A stretch of 64,000 bases of DNA, taken from positions 144,274,001 to 144,338,000 of the forward strand of contig OZ024740.1 of assembly GCA_964016885.1 (NCBI GenBank), in the 5' to 3' direction. This DNA is from Eledone cirrhosa. Taxonomy: Eukaryota. Positions 51,442 through 64,000 of this stretch are shown one piece after another. The translations under genes were made by a program, and so were the position numbers. How positions within the stretch are numbered: the first letter of the stretch is position 1; each line of letters begins with the position of its first letter. Below the pieces are notes generated by a model that made no database searches, was not told the origin of the DNA, and saw nothing but the letters and a program-made list of their open reading frames with translations.

Positions 51442-54141
51442 GTTATACATCACATTTTGACTACCTCCTTTATTTCAATTAATTTTTAAAAAAGGCATCC
51501 AATTACACAAAATAAATACCATTGTTTTATTAAGTCTACTTTTACTTGCTATGGTGATTACAGTAGCTAAACAAGCTAGTCAAAGAAATACAGAAAATAA
51601 GATAAATTTGAGATGTAGCACACTGAAGTATGATCCACTACTTACTACTTAAACAAAGCAGTTAATGCCAAAGATATGGCAGTTATCAGCTTGGAAGATG
51701 TACAATATTTCTAAAATTACTTTCCTGAGTTTCAGCATTCAATTATGTGTGAAACTGAAAACACTGAGCAAGTTACCCACCTATGGGTTCCATCCATCTC
51801 ATTCTCTTGGACTGATAAGTTTGTGCCAAACCTGCCAAACCCTTCCACTAAAGCATGAATTGTCAGACGTCTCCCTGACTACATTCTATTAATTCTGCTG
51901 TGTGTAGTGTTTGGTTGTTTCTTACATGTTTCTGTACATTGAAGACTTTCTCACTGTTACTTCTAACCATATACTCTTCACGAACATGAAGAGTACATGG
52001 TTAAAAGTAATATTGACACTTTTGTTATTGAAAATTTTCAGTGCCTATCTTTAATTGAGATTCATAGAATGTCTATGAATGTTTAAAACACGATAAAACA
52101 AATCAAATACCTACTCCTGTTCAATTTTTTAAAATTGTTTTATTCGCAATTTTCTTTAATTAAAATGTATCAATTTTGTTATCTTATGATTTGTTTTTTA
52201 AAAAATGGTTAAAATGAAACTAGTTCCATTAGATATGCTTTAAAGAAACAGTGAATAAATAAAATTTGTTTATTCAAAACATGAATTGCCAACATTAAAA
52301 CAGAAAACACCATGAAAATAGGGTTACTTTATAAATGAAAATAAGTATGCTTATCTGTCAAAAAAAAAAAAAAAAAAAAAAAATTCTGCTATAAAAGAAA
52401 ATGCTTTTAACACAAAAGATCATGAACAAATGCAAACCTTTCAGTACTTTGTTTAAAGTATCAAACAATTTGAAACTTTTTCACTAATCAAAATGTGTCC
52501 AAATCTGAATTATAGTGTTAATATGGTAATTTGCTATATCATGAACCATGTCCTTCAACAACAAAGATAAAACAAATATACAAATTGTATAGGCTAGAAT
52601 TAAGCTATGCTTTTGAATTTTTAATTTAACAATGTTTCTAGCACGAAAATCAATATCAAAATAAAAATCAAAGTTAAGTAACTTGATTGAACTTCAAAAA
52701 CAAATCATCTTAAATATTATATCCAGTTTTTTTAGCAGAGAATTATTTCCATTATTATCATATCAACAATCTTTTCAACCATGCAAAACCTCAAATTGCT
52801 CTTTCAATTTTCATGCATTCATTAAGTTTGTTTCAAAAATTTGTGTTGCAAATCCAATGAATGAATCACACTCAACTATTTCATCCCCAAATTTCATTAT
52901 CAGAGCATTATTTGTCCAAATAGGCAGTAATTCCCTGTTTCAAATTTAAACCCATCAATGATCACATTGCCAATCCTAAACTTACTTTCAGCATTTTCAT
53001 ATAAATCCATTGGTGTCACACTGCAGAAAACACTTTTTTTATTTATTTTTATTTTTAAATTATCTATTGTTAAGGAAGTGTTTAGAAAATGCACAACCTT
53101 TTTTGGATTTGCAAAATGTATTGATACAGTATTAGGAACCACATTATCTCGTAATGAGAAAGCATTCTCTAATGAGCTGTTCTATATCCATCCATCTGAT
53201 AGCAGGAACAACAAAGAGGATCTAAAAGTGGTTCATTTCTGGTAAACCTGCTGACAGCAATCAAACTTGTGTATATCATCCTATCATAAATCTTGCAATT
53301 AATATATTTCTTTTCATTTTGTTTAAGCCTTTGTTGTTTTATCTAATTAAAATATTTCTTGTTTAGATAGGCCCTGATCAAGCAGTCTTATGGTCAAAAG
53401 TATTCCAATACAAACATTCACATCTGTGTACAGGGAACCCAGAACCACATTATGTAATTGTCTAAGATTATGGAATATGATTTGGCAGATTTGGCTGCTA
53501 TTTCTATTAAGTCTTTGAATATGCCAGTGTGTACAAATGGTGTAATTTTAACCTTGTTCATTAAAAAATGCTTTCATAATAAGTCCAGAAGAATCTACAT
53601 TGGATAAAATACAAAAGAAATTATGAAATGTGTCAGGAAGAATGAAAACCAGAGCTCTCACAACCAAGACAAGAATGTTTCAAATCTAAGAAATGGGCAA
53701 ATATCACCAGTATCTAAATAAGTTCTAACTACAAATGTTTTTTTGTTTTTTATGTTCTTTGTAAAATATTGTTTCCAACAGCTGTTATTCATCAGAACAA
53801 TAATTATTTTTGATATTTTATAATCTTTTGTAGTCAATCTAAATGTGAAAATTTAATCTGTATAATGTGCTCTTCATTAATATGCAAAATATTGATGAGC
53901 TTGTCACTTGAGTAATATTTGAATTAAACTTCTAGAATCCACTACAAATCATCAATCAAATCAAAACAGTAATTAGAAATCCAGGAACGAGTCCTTTGTA
54001 GCTCTCTTTGCAGCTATCCCCATGTCAATAGAGCTAGTAAATTGTGTATTTCCAGGGGGAAAAAAAGAAGTCAAGAATTTGTAAAGATGTGACTAACCTA
54101 TTCCAGTAGAGAACGTGGGCATAAAATAATAAGGTATCTAT

Positions 54142-54530
54142 CTAGGGCAGGTAAAATTCCCGAGATCCATGGACAAGTTCTCTCCAGTTGTTTCTGTCCT
54201 TCATTATCGCTGCCATGTCCTGTGTCTCCAGGAGACCAGTGTCTGTCCTTAGGGCACTAACATATGTTAACCTTGGTCTTCCTCTTCCAGTGTGTCCATG
54301 CAGGGGATCCCACAGGAGCACTGAGTGTAGTGTCAACTCTGGATGTCAGTGAGCATGTCCAGCTAACCTGTCTCCTCTGTGCTACTTTTGAGCTGACTTT
54401 TGGGAGGCTCCCATACAGCTCTGAGTTCTTCATCCTCAATGTATACTGATTAATGTTCAGCGCCATCCTCAGCATTCTCGTGTAACACCCATCAACCATC
54501 TGAGTGAGTTTCTTGGTCAGTGTCCAAGAT
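54142..54530 (-). mobile_element. RTE/RTE-X-like LINE 3' fragment, third family
   Basis: WTLTKKL..MVDGCYTRMLRMALN and LLWDPLHG..GRGRPRLTYV. Confidence 0.75.
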
Positions 54531-54819
54531 TATTATAAAAGAACCATAATAAGGTATATTTAAGTTAATATGTGTTGATATGACTTGTGGAGTACCTCAA
54601 AAGTCAGTATGAAGCTAAAAATTGATCATTTTGTACATAACACCAGTCAAGTATCATTTACTAACACAAATATTTTTTTGCTGGTGAGAATTTAGAGAAA
54701 CTATTGCAGATAATCACAACAAAAATGAAAAAAAAAAATAAAAAAATAAAATAAAAATTGTTTAACAACTAATTATCAAAGATTATTTTGTTTGCTACAT
54801 GTAAAACACTCAAGAATAA

Positions 54820-55400
54820 TTAATGATAGACAAAGTCAATGTAGAAAGAGTATATGAAAGTATATTTCTAGATGCACTATTAGACAACAAAATCTGCAAG
54901 CCTCATATAAAATATGAGCAAAGGTGGCAAGGAGTATTGCAGGTTTCGTATAAACAAAACACATTCTGGTTCTTTAATCAGACTATATTGTTCAGTTGTA
55001 TTGCTATACCAGAGTTATTGAATTGAGGTGTAGGGAAACATCCACAACAACACCATCAGGATAGTTAACAATATAGACAACACACTGACTTTCAAGTTAA
55101 TGGATCTCTTAGAATTTAACAGTACAAATATTGTTTTAAAAAAATAATAATGTACAATCCAGTAATATAAAAAAAGAATGTTCATTAATGGAGCAGGTTA
55201 TAATTAGAAAAGAAAATTTAATCTAAAACATTTGTGTTTGTACCACAGTTAAGAGGGTGTGTACTTTAATTTGTGGGGAGAATTTGTAGAATGGTTTGGA
55301 TGTGGAACTGAAATAAAGTACAAATATACAGTTCAAGATATACAAAAAATTGTTAAGTTGGTATAGGGATCAGGAAAGGCTGTAATAATTGCTTAAGTTT
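54820..55400 (+). mobile_element. Decayed L2/CR1-group LINE 3' part
   Basis: IDKVNVERVYESIFLDALLDNKICKPHIKY resembles the (K)FLG..ID.KL.WKPHI motif. Confidence 0.5.
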
Positions 55401-55439
55401 TATTTTATTGGGTTGGTCATAGAATTGGAATAGTTGATC

Positions 55440-55880
55440 ACCATTATTTTTTTATGCCTGTTTTGCTATACTTGCATAGGTTGGATGGGTTTTCCCCCAG
55501 CACAGCTTCCCTTTAGTCGTGTTCTTTCATTATCTCTATGAAGTTTAGCATTTTGAGATCCACTCTCACCATTTCTGCCAAGATCTTCCTCAGTTTTATT
55601 CTGTTGCAGCTTCCTTTAACTGGGATCTCTTGTCACTTCTTCATCCAACAATTATCATCCATCATCATCATTTTACGTCTGCTTTTCCCTGCTTGCATAA
55701 CATATCCACACCAGTGCAATCTTCTCTTTCACACTATATTCTCTTATACTCGGTTTCTCCTTTAGTTCATTCATTCTTCTCCATTCATGCACATTAACAT
55801 TATAAATCTATCGAAATAGGCTCACTTCATTTCTCTTCATCCTTTGCATATTCTCTACATTTACTGTCTTTTCCCTTCCA
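55440..55880 (-). mobile_element. Decayed RTE 3' fragments
   Basis: RTE tail and RRLHW/ML.G remnants on the reverse strand. Confidence 0.6.
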
Positions 55881-58800
55881 TGTAACATTGCACTTCGTAG
55901 AGTTAATGAATGAGTAATTGAAATATGGATAGGACTAAGTAAATCTACTTCCTCCTACTTTTGTAATATGTAGTGTTTTATGTGTGTACAAAAATATAGT
56001 TATTAAATTTCTTGTATAGATTTGTTACTAATTTTTCTTTTTTACATGTTTGAAATAAAAATGAGAAAAGAAATATAGCACCAACATTTGGAACTGTCAA
56101 GAAAAGGTTTTAAATGGATTGAAGATGGTTGTATGCCTATTTAGAATTACCACACACAGATAAATTTTCAAAGGAACCTATTCCTGCCCATCATTTCAAC
56201 AGATCTTCCAAACAAGCAATATCAAAGATCATAGTTCTATGTTTGTACTGAACAGATCTTTATTCCTGGCAGTTATTTTGAAGTTGATATGCAACCAATG
56301 ATAATTATAAAACTAATGTGCGAGTGATCAGAAAACTATAACTACACACCCCTTAAAAAGGTGATTTTAGAGTGTAGTAAAATAATAGATAATATTTATT
56401 CATATAGCCCAAAGAAAAGAAGATCACATTCCTCCAAATGAAAGAATAATTTGTAGAAACAAAACTATCTGAGATTTTATCTAGAGAAAAGTCTTAAAGG
56501 TTTTTAAATAATATTGAAAAGATAAACATAAAAATTACATAACAATTAAAAGACTAAGTATATATAATGCTAACTTCTACGAACAAAGGTACATGTTAGT
56601 TTTAATTAGAAAATTAAAATGATATCTTATTTAATTACTGGTAAATGAAAAGTTACATAAGAAGTCCTATGACAGAAAAAACAACCAATAACTTTTTTTA
56701 TGTTAGAATTAGTTTTAAAAAAATTTGCAAAACCTTTTTTTAAAGACTCATTTATCAATAAAAAAAAAATTTAGGAAAAATATATTCTATACAGGTCAAC
56801 ACCCAAAATTTTATAGTGCAAAAGGTTGTTAAAAATACCAAAAAAAAAAAAATTCAAAATTTTTTAAATCCTGAAGATAATACAAACTACCAATAGCATT
56901 AGCTTATCTTCATAAGGCAAAGGGGATAATGTTGGACAGCAAAACATGTATTTAAAAGATTCCGTTAAGAGTGTCTGGGAAAAGGTTAAAAGTTATCACA
57001 AAATCGAGAAGTGCAGCACAAAAGAAAAGAGGGAGTGGAATAAAGTGTTCACAGTATCACACACAGGCTCAATGATAAAAGTAATACCTTCACATAGTAG
57101 TAGGAACAGCCACCTGAGTGAAAAGTGACTGCCCTGCATTGAAAAGTGCAAAGTATTAGCTTGTCATCCATGGCTGCCAACCTTCACCTACAAGTACATG
57201 AAGGAGAATAATAAAGAAGCCAAGAGAACTGTAAGGACACTAAAATGTTTAAACAAAACTATTGTTAAAGAAAAACAGAGTAATTAATAACATCAATGAC
57301 TGATTAAACCATTTGATACCAAACTGCCTGAATCCAATCCTGGTTCTACAATACAATTTTCATAATTTTATGTAAGAACGTCTAAGTTATGTTCCAAACA
57401 CCAGTTTAACGAGAAATTTAGATTTATTACAAAATCCTTCCAAATTCTTGATTATTTTCAGAATTATTTGAAAACCATAGGCAGCATCATTCATTAAAAA
57501 TATGGGGGTTTTTTTCTTAAAAAGTATTAGAGAGTAAGTCTACAGCAAAGTGTTTTCCCACATGCCAATCTGATATAATTTTATCTATGAAGTATAACTA
57601 CCAGTTCAAATAGATTTAGGCACAATCTATTTTCACCTGCTTGCAGAGAGGCCTCTATGTAGTCACTCAACCGAATACCCTTCAATTCACACCCTATCAT
57701 GTTAAAAAAGGAATAATACATTGGATAATGTGGTCTTGGCAGCACTATTTCAAGGTTGGAATACTTTTAATCATTAGTCTACTCAATCGGAGTTGATCTA
57801 ATAGTAAACAACATGATTGTTGTGGAGAATTGCTAGCTTTGTGGAATGGGGTATAATTTTAATTTTAAATACTATCATATAAATAGATGCTGTAACTTAT
57901 TTTCATGTACTTACATTATTACCACAGATTATCATTGCAACACTCACTTCATGGTTTGGGGGTGACCAGCCCTAAGCTCACATTTTAAAAATACAAAATG
58001 ATTATATATATTCTTTACATAGGAACTATGGGACTTTGAGAAATCCAGACAGTGCTCTCTGGAATTGTCCGTATACAGACAATTTTATTTTTAATCAGTT
58101 CACATTTTAAAGAGGTGCTAAGATCATTTTCATTGTTAACTAGAACTCAAAGAAACTTTCAAAATGTTTTTTTATAGAATCAACAGAATGGGACCAAGTT
58201 AATGGATTTATAAGATAAACTTTTATATAATTGGTAATTTAAGCTATCAAAATCAATAACATCAAGTATAAAGAAATTAGATAGGCATCTTATATTGTAA
58301 AAGAAGTGCAATTATTAAGTTCACAGAGTCATCATCATCATCATTTAATGTGCACTTTTCAATGCTAGCATGGGTTGAATGGATTGCTACAAACCAAATC
58401 AGTACAAAATCAGGCCGCTCCGATGTGGAGAGGGGGGGTGTTGTCCTGTATCTAGCTTACATATATTTCTTTACAGAGTGTATTGGGTGCATTTTATTGT
58501 GGCAATGGCATTAGGGGTGTCATCTCGACACAACTAAAGACTCCTCCAAACTCTTTATTTGGTGTGGTTTCTATAACTGGATGCCTTCCCTAATGCCAAC
58601 CTAAGATGATTTTGATCACCCACTTAGCTTTCACTGATTCGGCACCAGTGTAGTACACTTCCATCCAAAGGTAATCAGTATAGAATTGATGGAGCTGACT
58701 ACAAATACTAAGTGTAGACTTACAATAAGGAGCAGGTTAGCTTGATGAAGCAATGGTTAGAGAATTTGATGGAAATAAAGTGACAGTTGAGTTTGTAAAT

Positions 58801-59035
58801 GAAAAAGAATTTAAGGATGTTTAGAAAGTTTGTGAGTTGATAAAATATACAGGTAGAAGACAAGACAATCTAGTGCAGTCATTTCAAGATAGAAAGTGAT
58901 TCAGACACTTTATTAAATGTTTATATGCGTTAGGTCACGATAAGTGGTGTAAATGGAAGAAACCCGCCTCAAAGAGGTTAACTTCAGAGAGAGGAAAATT
59001 GGGAGATTTCTACAATTCAGTTATTACTTCAGTTT

Positions 59036-59785
59036 ATAATAATGAAATTATGTAAAGTGCTCAGGTGCACTACAACTCGTCAAAGGTGCATGTATAGTAC
59101 ATAGAATAATATACAAATGTCAGGGAAGTGAATGAGTCATGATATACATTTGTGTATGTGTATGGAGGGGGAACATTAGGTGTAGTGTTGGTGAATCTCG
59201 GGAAGCATGGAGGTTTTAAAGGATGCAATGTCTCGACAGCTAACAACCGATGCAGGTAGTTTGTTCCATGCTTCAGCAACTCTGAGCATGAAAAAATGTT
59301 TCCGAAAGTCATGAGAACTGTGCTGTTTTCTGACTTTGTGGGCATGCCCACGTGTGTTAGACACATGGAAATCAAAAAGGTACTCAGGGTTGTTGTTGGC
59401 AAGATGGTTAATAATTTTGTGGGCGTTGACCGAGTCAGTTGCTAGACGTCGGAGCTCCAATGTATCCATGCCCAGGGAAGCAAGGCGTTCAGAGTATGGT
59501 AGATGCCTGATGGAGGGTATTCGCTTGGTTGCACGTCTCTGAACAGTTTCCAGGTGGTCAATGTTCTGAGCAAGATAGAATTTGCATCACCAGTCTGGAA
59601 CCCCTAAGTGTGGCCGCACCATAGCTATTTACAGCTTTAAATAGATTGCTGGAGAGCGGCTAACAAAGGTCTTGCTGAGTGATGCTAAGACACCCTCTGC
59701 CTTCTTGACAATTTTAGAGACGTGCTTTGTCCAACGCAAATTGCTGCTGACCGTAATGCCCAGGTCACATTCACAAAAAGACTTC
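59036..59785 (-). mobile_element. CR1-clade LINE 3' fragment
   Basis: DLGITVSSNLRWTKH, LETVQRRATKRIP, YSERLASLGMDTLELRRL, TRGHAHK and RVAEAWNKLP. Confidence 0.88.
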
Positions 59786-61884
59786 TTATGGAATGAATAT
59801 GGAGCTTACAGTTGTCCCCACGTAGCTAGCCTTTTGTCTGTGTTCAATGGTTTTATCACTCATCTTGGCAATAATGCTGTCTACCAGAGAGAGAACATTA
59901 AATTACACCTTTGTACTTTATAGAGAAAATTTGTCTAATATGCTTACTTCCTGTACACAGCATTCATGAAGTGCAGACCTACCAACATCTCTCCTACTAC
60001 TCTGGCTAGGTCATTGAAACCAACAAGGTTGATCTCTTTAATTTATCAACAGTTTTATAATTGTAATTACGTTTTTTATTATTTTGAAATAAAGTATCTG
60101 CATTCAATAACTGAAAACACCACAAAAATGTTTATTTACATAATATTCTAATTCACTTTACTAACTGGAAATAAGGCAGAAAATTGACAGAATCAATGTG
60201 TTCTGACAAAGAGGGATGGGCTCTGCCAAATCTAAAATGCCCAAGACACACGAAATGTGTCAGGTCAGCACCCCTACAATGCCATCAGGAGATAAAAGCC
60301 CTTTACATTTTTTAAAACTGGCCAAAATAATTTTACATACCAACACGTATGAGTAAAAAAAGTATTGGGTCAAGCAAATGCCTAAGATAGGGAGGGTAAT
60401 AAGATTTTTTATTTTTTAAACTGTTAACCTCATCCTTAGAGATGTAGCACTTTAAATATTTACCTCTATGTTGTTTCAAATTTTTTGATCTCCAACCGAA
60501 ATAGTACCGGTCTGGGTTCTAATTAGGAATCTTTTGACTACTGAAACATACAGTGGACAAATAGATGATTAACAACTGACTTTGTGTGTGTGTGTGTCTT
60601 GCAGCTGTCATCAAAATTAATATCAGGCAAGGCTGTGTAGTTAAAGAGTTTGCTTTGCAACCATATGGTTTCAGCTTCAGTCCCACTGCATGGTACCATG
60701 AGCAAGTGCCTTGAATTGTCTAATGCCTTATAAGTGAAGTTTGGTAAATGGAAACTGTCTGGCTCTGTCCCTGTCACTTGGTTTGAAAAAGGTGACCAAT
60801 GGGAGTAGTAGAATAGCACTTGATGACTGGCCAAGGCTTGATCAACCTTGGTCAGGTCACAGCGATTCTAGAATACAACACAGATGATGTGTCCAAATAA
60901 GTGAATCTGTAGATGTAGGAAGAACATAGATTGGTGAATATAAAGAATATTTAGAAAATTATAAAAATATTACCTTACATTATGGTTTGTATTATCACAC
61001 AATTTATTAAGAACATTTATTATGCCCTCTATATTTTGTAGGCTTTTGGTTTTTTAAAGATATTGAAATTTTGTATGTGTACTGTTTACACAACATTCTC
61101 CATTTATAAAACAGCAAGCACTGATGCAAATGTTATATTCTCAGAGAACCAGCTTCAATTTCAATTCCCTTTTGGAATTGCTTAAGTTACACCACTTATG
61201 TTGTCTAGAAAAACCACATTACAGCAAAATTTATTTCCTTATGCTAGGAAATGTAAAGCTATTAGATCTATGTCAGCATCATCATTTTACATCTGATTTC
61301 AATGCTGCATAGGTTAGATGGGTTGTCATGGTCAGAGGACAGATAGGTTAGAGCAATCTAGCTTGTTCATTACATTCCTTATTTAGCATGGTTTCTATGG
61401 CTTGATGCCCTTCCTAATGTCAACCACCTTACAGAATGTACATCAATGCTCCCACATTACAGAGTAAACTTGGTGCATTTTATCATGGTACCAACACTAA
61501 CACTTTACATGCTAAGTCAGACTGAAGAGAGTCCTTAAACCCTAAATTATCTCCATTCGATTGCCAAACAACATAGCCTCCAGCTACTTTTAATGTCACA
61601 GTGTTAATACTAAAGAAATAAAATCATCCATATTCACCTTATCCATATTCATCCTTATATATGTGCTGGAATATTTTGTAAATTACTTAATTGAAGCATG
61701 CCATTTTGTTTTAGTGCTAAATGACAGTTCAGAACTTCTCAAGGGTAAAAGATAAGTTATTTACTCCTTATCATAGCTTGAGTTTACTTAATGCATTGAA
61801 GAAAAATAAAATTTTAAAATTAAAGTTGATCTTCATGGAAATTTTATTTCCTCCTTGATAAGAATTTTGCTTATTTTGCAAGAA

Positions 61885-63450
61885 TCTATATATATAAAAC
61901 TGATGTCTGTGTGTCCTAATTTTTGCAAAGTCTATACAAATCCACATTTCTACTCCAATTGACTTTAAACTTCATCATCATCATCATCATCAACGTTTAA
62001 CGTCCGTGTTCCACGCTTGCATGGGTTTGGACGGGGGTAGTCCCACTTGAGGCAAGAGTGATTGTCTTGCTCGCATAGGACTGTCTGGCAGGTTTTCTAC
62101 AGTTGGATGCCCTTCCTAACACCAACCACATTTACAGTGTGGGTCTGGGAGGTTTTTACCGTGTTGCCTACACGGCCACATTACAGCGTGGACTGTGTGT
62201 TTTTTTGTCGTGACACCTACACGATCTCATTTGTTTCGGCCTCGATGGCGCGGCACCAACATAACTTTACATAGAACGGGGTGGTGTGGATGGGGTGGGG
62301 GTGGTGGTGGTGGGACGGGGTGTATTTTGTTAGAGATGCCTACTGGCTGGAGTAGGTTTTACTATATATTTAGGTAAGGCGGGTCTTCTCTGTTACTGAG
62401 TACCGCCAAAGGTCTCGGTCCAGTGACATTGTCTTGGAGAGGTGTAAGTGTGTGATGTCGGAGTTTATCAGCTCGTCCCAGGTTTTTCTAGGTCTGCCTA
62501 TTCCGTGACTACCGTCTATCTTTATTGCCCTGCACTTTGTTATACAGCTATCGACTTTCATGCGCATCACGTGTCCATACCAACGTAGCCTTCTCTCGAG
62601 TAAACAACATCTGATCCCTCTTATCTCTAATTTTTTCCTTAGTTCGTTTATGCTTTGCCGTTCACGTATATTACTGTTACACATCCAGCGGAGCATGCAA
62701 GCTTCGTTCCTCTCTAGTCTGCGTATATCCTCTGCACACAATGCCCAGGTCTCACTGCCATGCAGCATTGCTGATCGTATGCAGGCATCGTACAACCTGC
62801 CTTTCATTTTTAGTGAGAACCCTTTAGCAGCTAATAGTGGTATAAGCTCTCTGAACTTTTTCCAACCAGTTCTGACTCTAGCTACAGTACTTTCAGAGCA
62901 CCCTCCCCCACTGCTGATTTTATCGCCCAGGTAACGGAAGCTGTCCACTATTTCTATAGAACCCTCTGCGCAATTGAAAGAGCTAGTAGTTTGTGGGCAC
63001 TTGCTGCTACTTATTGCACCAGAGCACCGGCCACATGTAAAATCTATGTTCTTAGTTAGCTTACCTGTGATCCCACTACATCTTTTATGCACCCATACTT
63101 TGCATTTAGGACATAAAATGGAGTTTCTACCTACGCCTTTCCTACACACCGAGCACGACCATTTCCCAGAAGGGACCGCCGCCTTGTTTTCTTTCCTACA
63201 AACTAGTACTTTGGTCTTAGCCAGGTTAATTTTAAGTCCTTTTGACTCTAGGCCGTGCTTCCATGTTTGGAAGCATTTATATATTCCTCGCGATCTAAAG
63301 ATATGAACTGCCACTTTTTTTTCTTTCAATTTTCTGTTGTTAAAGGGTGTTAGGTGCCAGTTATCCATCTCAGTCGCGCTCTTATAATATCTGTCTGTAT
63401 GCCTTGCTGTCTGCATAACGTCATTCTAACGTATTATCTTCACTACATTC
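61885..63450 (+). mobile_element. Helitron fragment (61885-61971 and ~63273-63450) split by an RTE insertion
   Basis: A|TCTATATATATAAAACTGATGTCTGT start as at 19922. cttataatatctgtctgtatg...gtctgcat at about 63380-63420 matches about 20168-20210. Confidence 0.55.
61972..63272 (-). mobile_element. Young 5'-truncated RTE LINE
   Basis: Open frame FQTWKHGLE...EKTRLT, near-identical to 4950-6150, with a (GAT)n tail. Confidence 0.95.
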
Positions 63451-63451
63451 A

Positions 63452-63463
63452 CACACAAACACG

Positions 63464-63504
<41 letters not shown>

Positions 63505-63602
63505 TTATACACATATAGACATATACACACACACATATACATATATATATATATATATATACATACATACATACAAACACACACATATATACATACATAC
63601 AC
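63452..63602. repeat. Compound (TA)n/(CA)n/(CATA)n microsatellite
   Basis: Directly visible. Confidence 0.95.
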
Positions 63603-63603
63603 G

Positions 63604-64000
63604 CTCATAGCTGAATCAATGACCGAACTAGAGAAGAAATTCCAAACATGGAAGCACGGCCTAGAATCAAAAGGCCTTAAAATTAACCTGGCTAAGACTA
63701 AAGTTCTAGTTTGTAGGAAAGAAAATAAGGCGGCGGTCCCATCTGGGAAATGGCCATGCTCAGTGTGTAGGAAAGGCGAAGGTAGAAACTCCATTTTATG
63801 TCCCAAATGCAAAGTATGGGTGCATAAAAGATGTAGTGGGATCACAGGTAAGCTAACTAAGAACATAGATTTTACATGTGGCCGGTGCTCTGGTGCAATA
63901 AGTAGCAGCAAGTGCCCACAAAATACTAGCTCCTTCAACTGCGCAGAGGGTTCTATAGAAATAGTGGACAGCTTCCGTTATCTGGGTGACAAAATCAGCA
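63604..64000 (+). mobile_element. Young RTE LINE copy running off the window end
   Basis: LIAESMTELEKKFQTWKHGLE...FRYLGDKIS; inverted relative to 61972-63272. Confidence 0.95.

Noticed and set aside
63273-63416. Novel N-terminal extension on the 348-aa RTE ORF
   Set aside because: Derives from flanking antisense Helitron sequence. RTE homology starts at FQTWK, and the 63604 copy has a different upstream sequence.

Overview
AT-rich, repeat-dense animal genomic DNA. The SINE/RTE repertoire resembles octopus or another coleoid cephalopod; this is inferred, not shown. One host gene is recognisable: a 1.78-kb minus-strand exon (43360-41578) of PSD/EFA6, an Arf6 GEF. It encodes an SxIP motif, an MTED-like microtubule-elimination motif (FETFVMTGDMII) and the start of the Sec7 domain. 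No downstream Sec7 exon was found, so 1-41577 is probably one very long intron. That intron holds a CpG-retaining, repeat-poor zone (about 13-16.3 kb) with a phase-compatible candidate alternative first coding exon (15562-15498). The rest is transposon-derived: many RTE-clade LINE pieces, three of them young and carrying a PHD-like finger inside the RT; a near full-length GC-rich CRE-type non-LTR element plus fragments; CR1/L2 pieces; an Hsmar2-like mariner fossil; a hAT fossil; non-autonomous Helitrons; TTAA piggyBac-like MITEs; and tRNA-derived SINEs, often nested. Several long inverted repeats and hairpins could form dsRNA in the pre-mRNA. No prokaryote-type system (CRISPR, operons) is present. 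Boundaries of decayed repeats were read by eye and are approximate.
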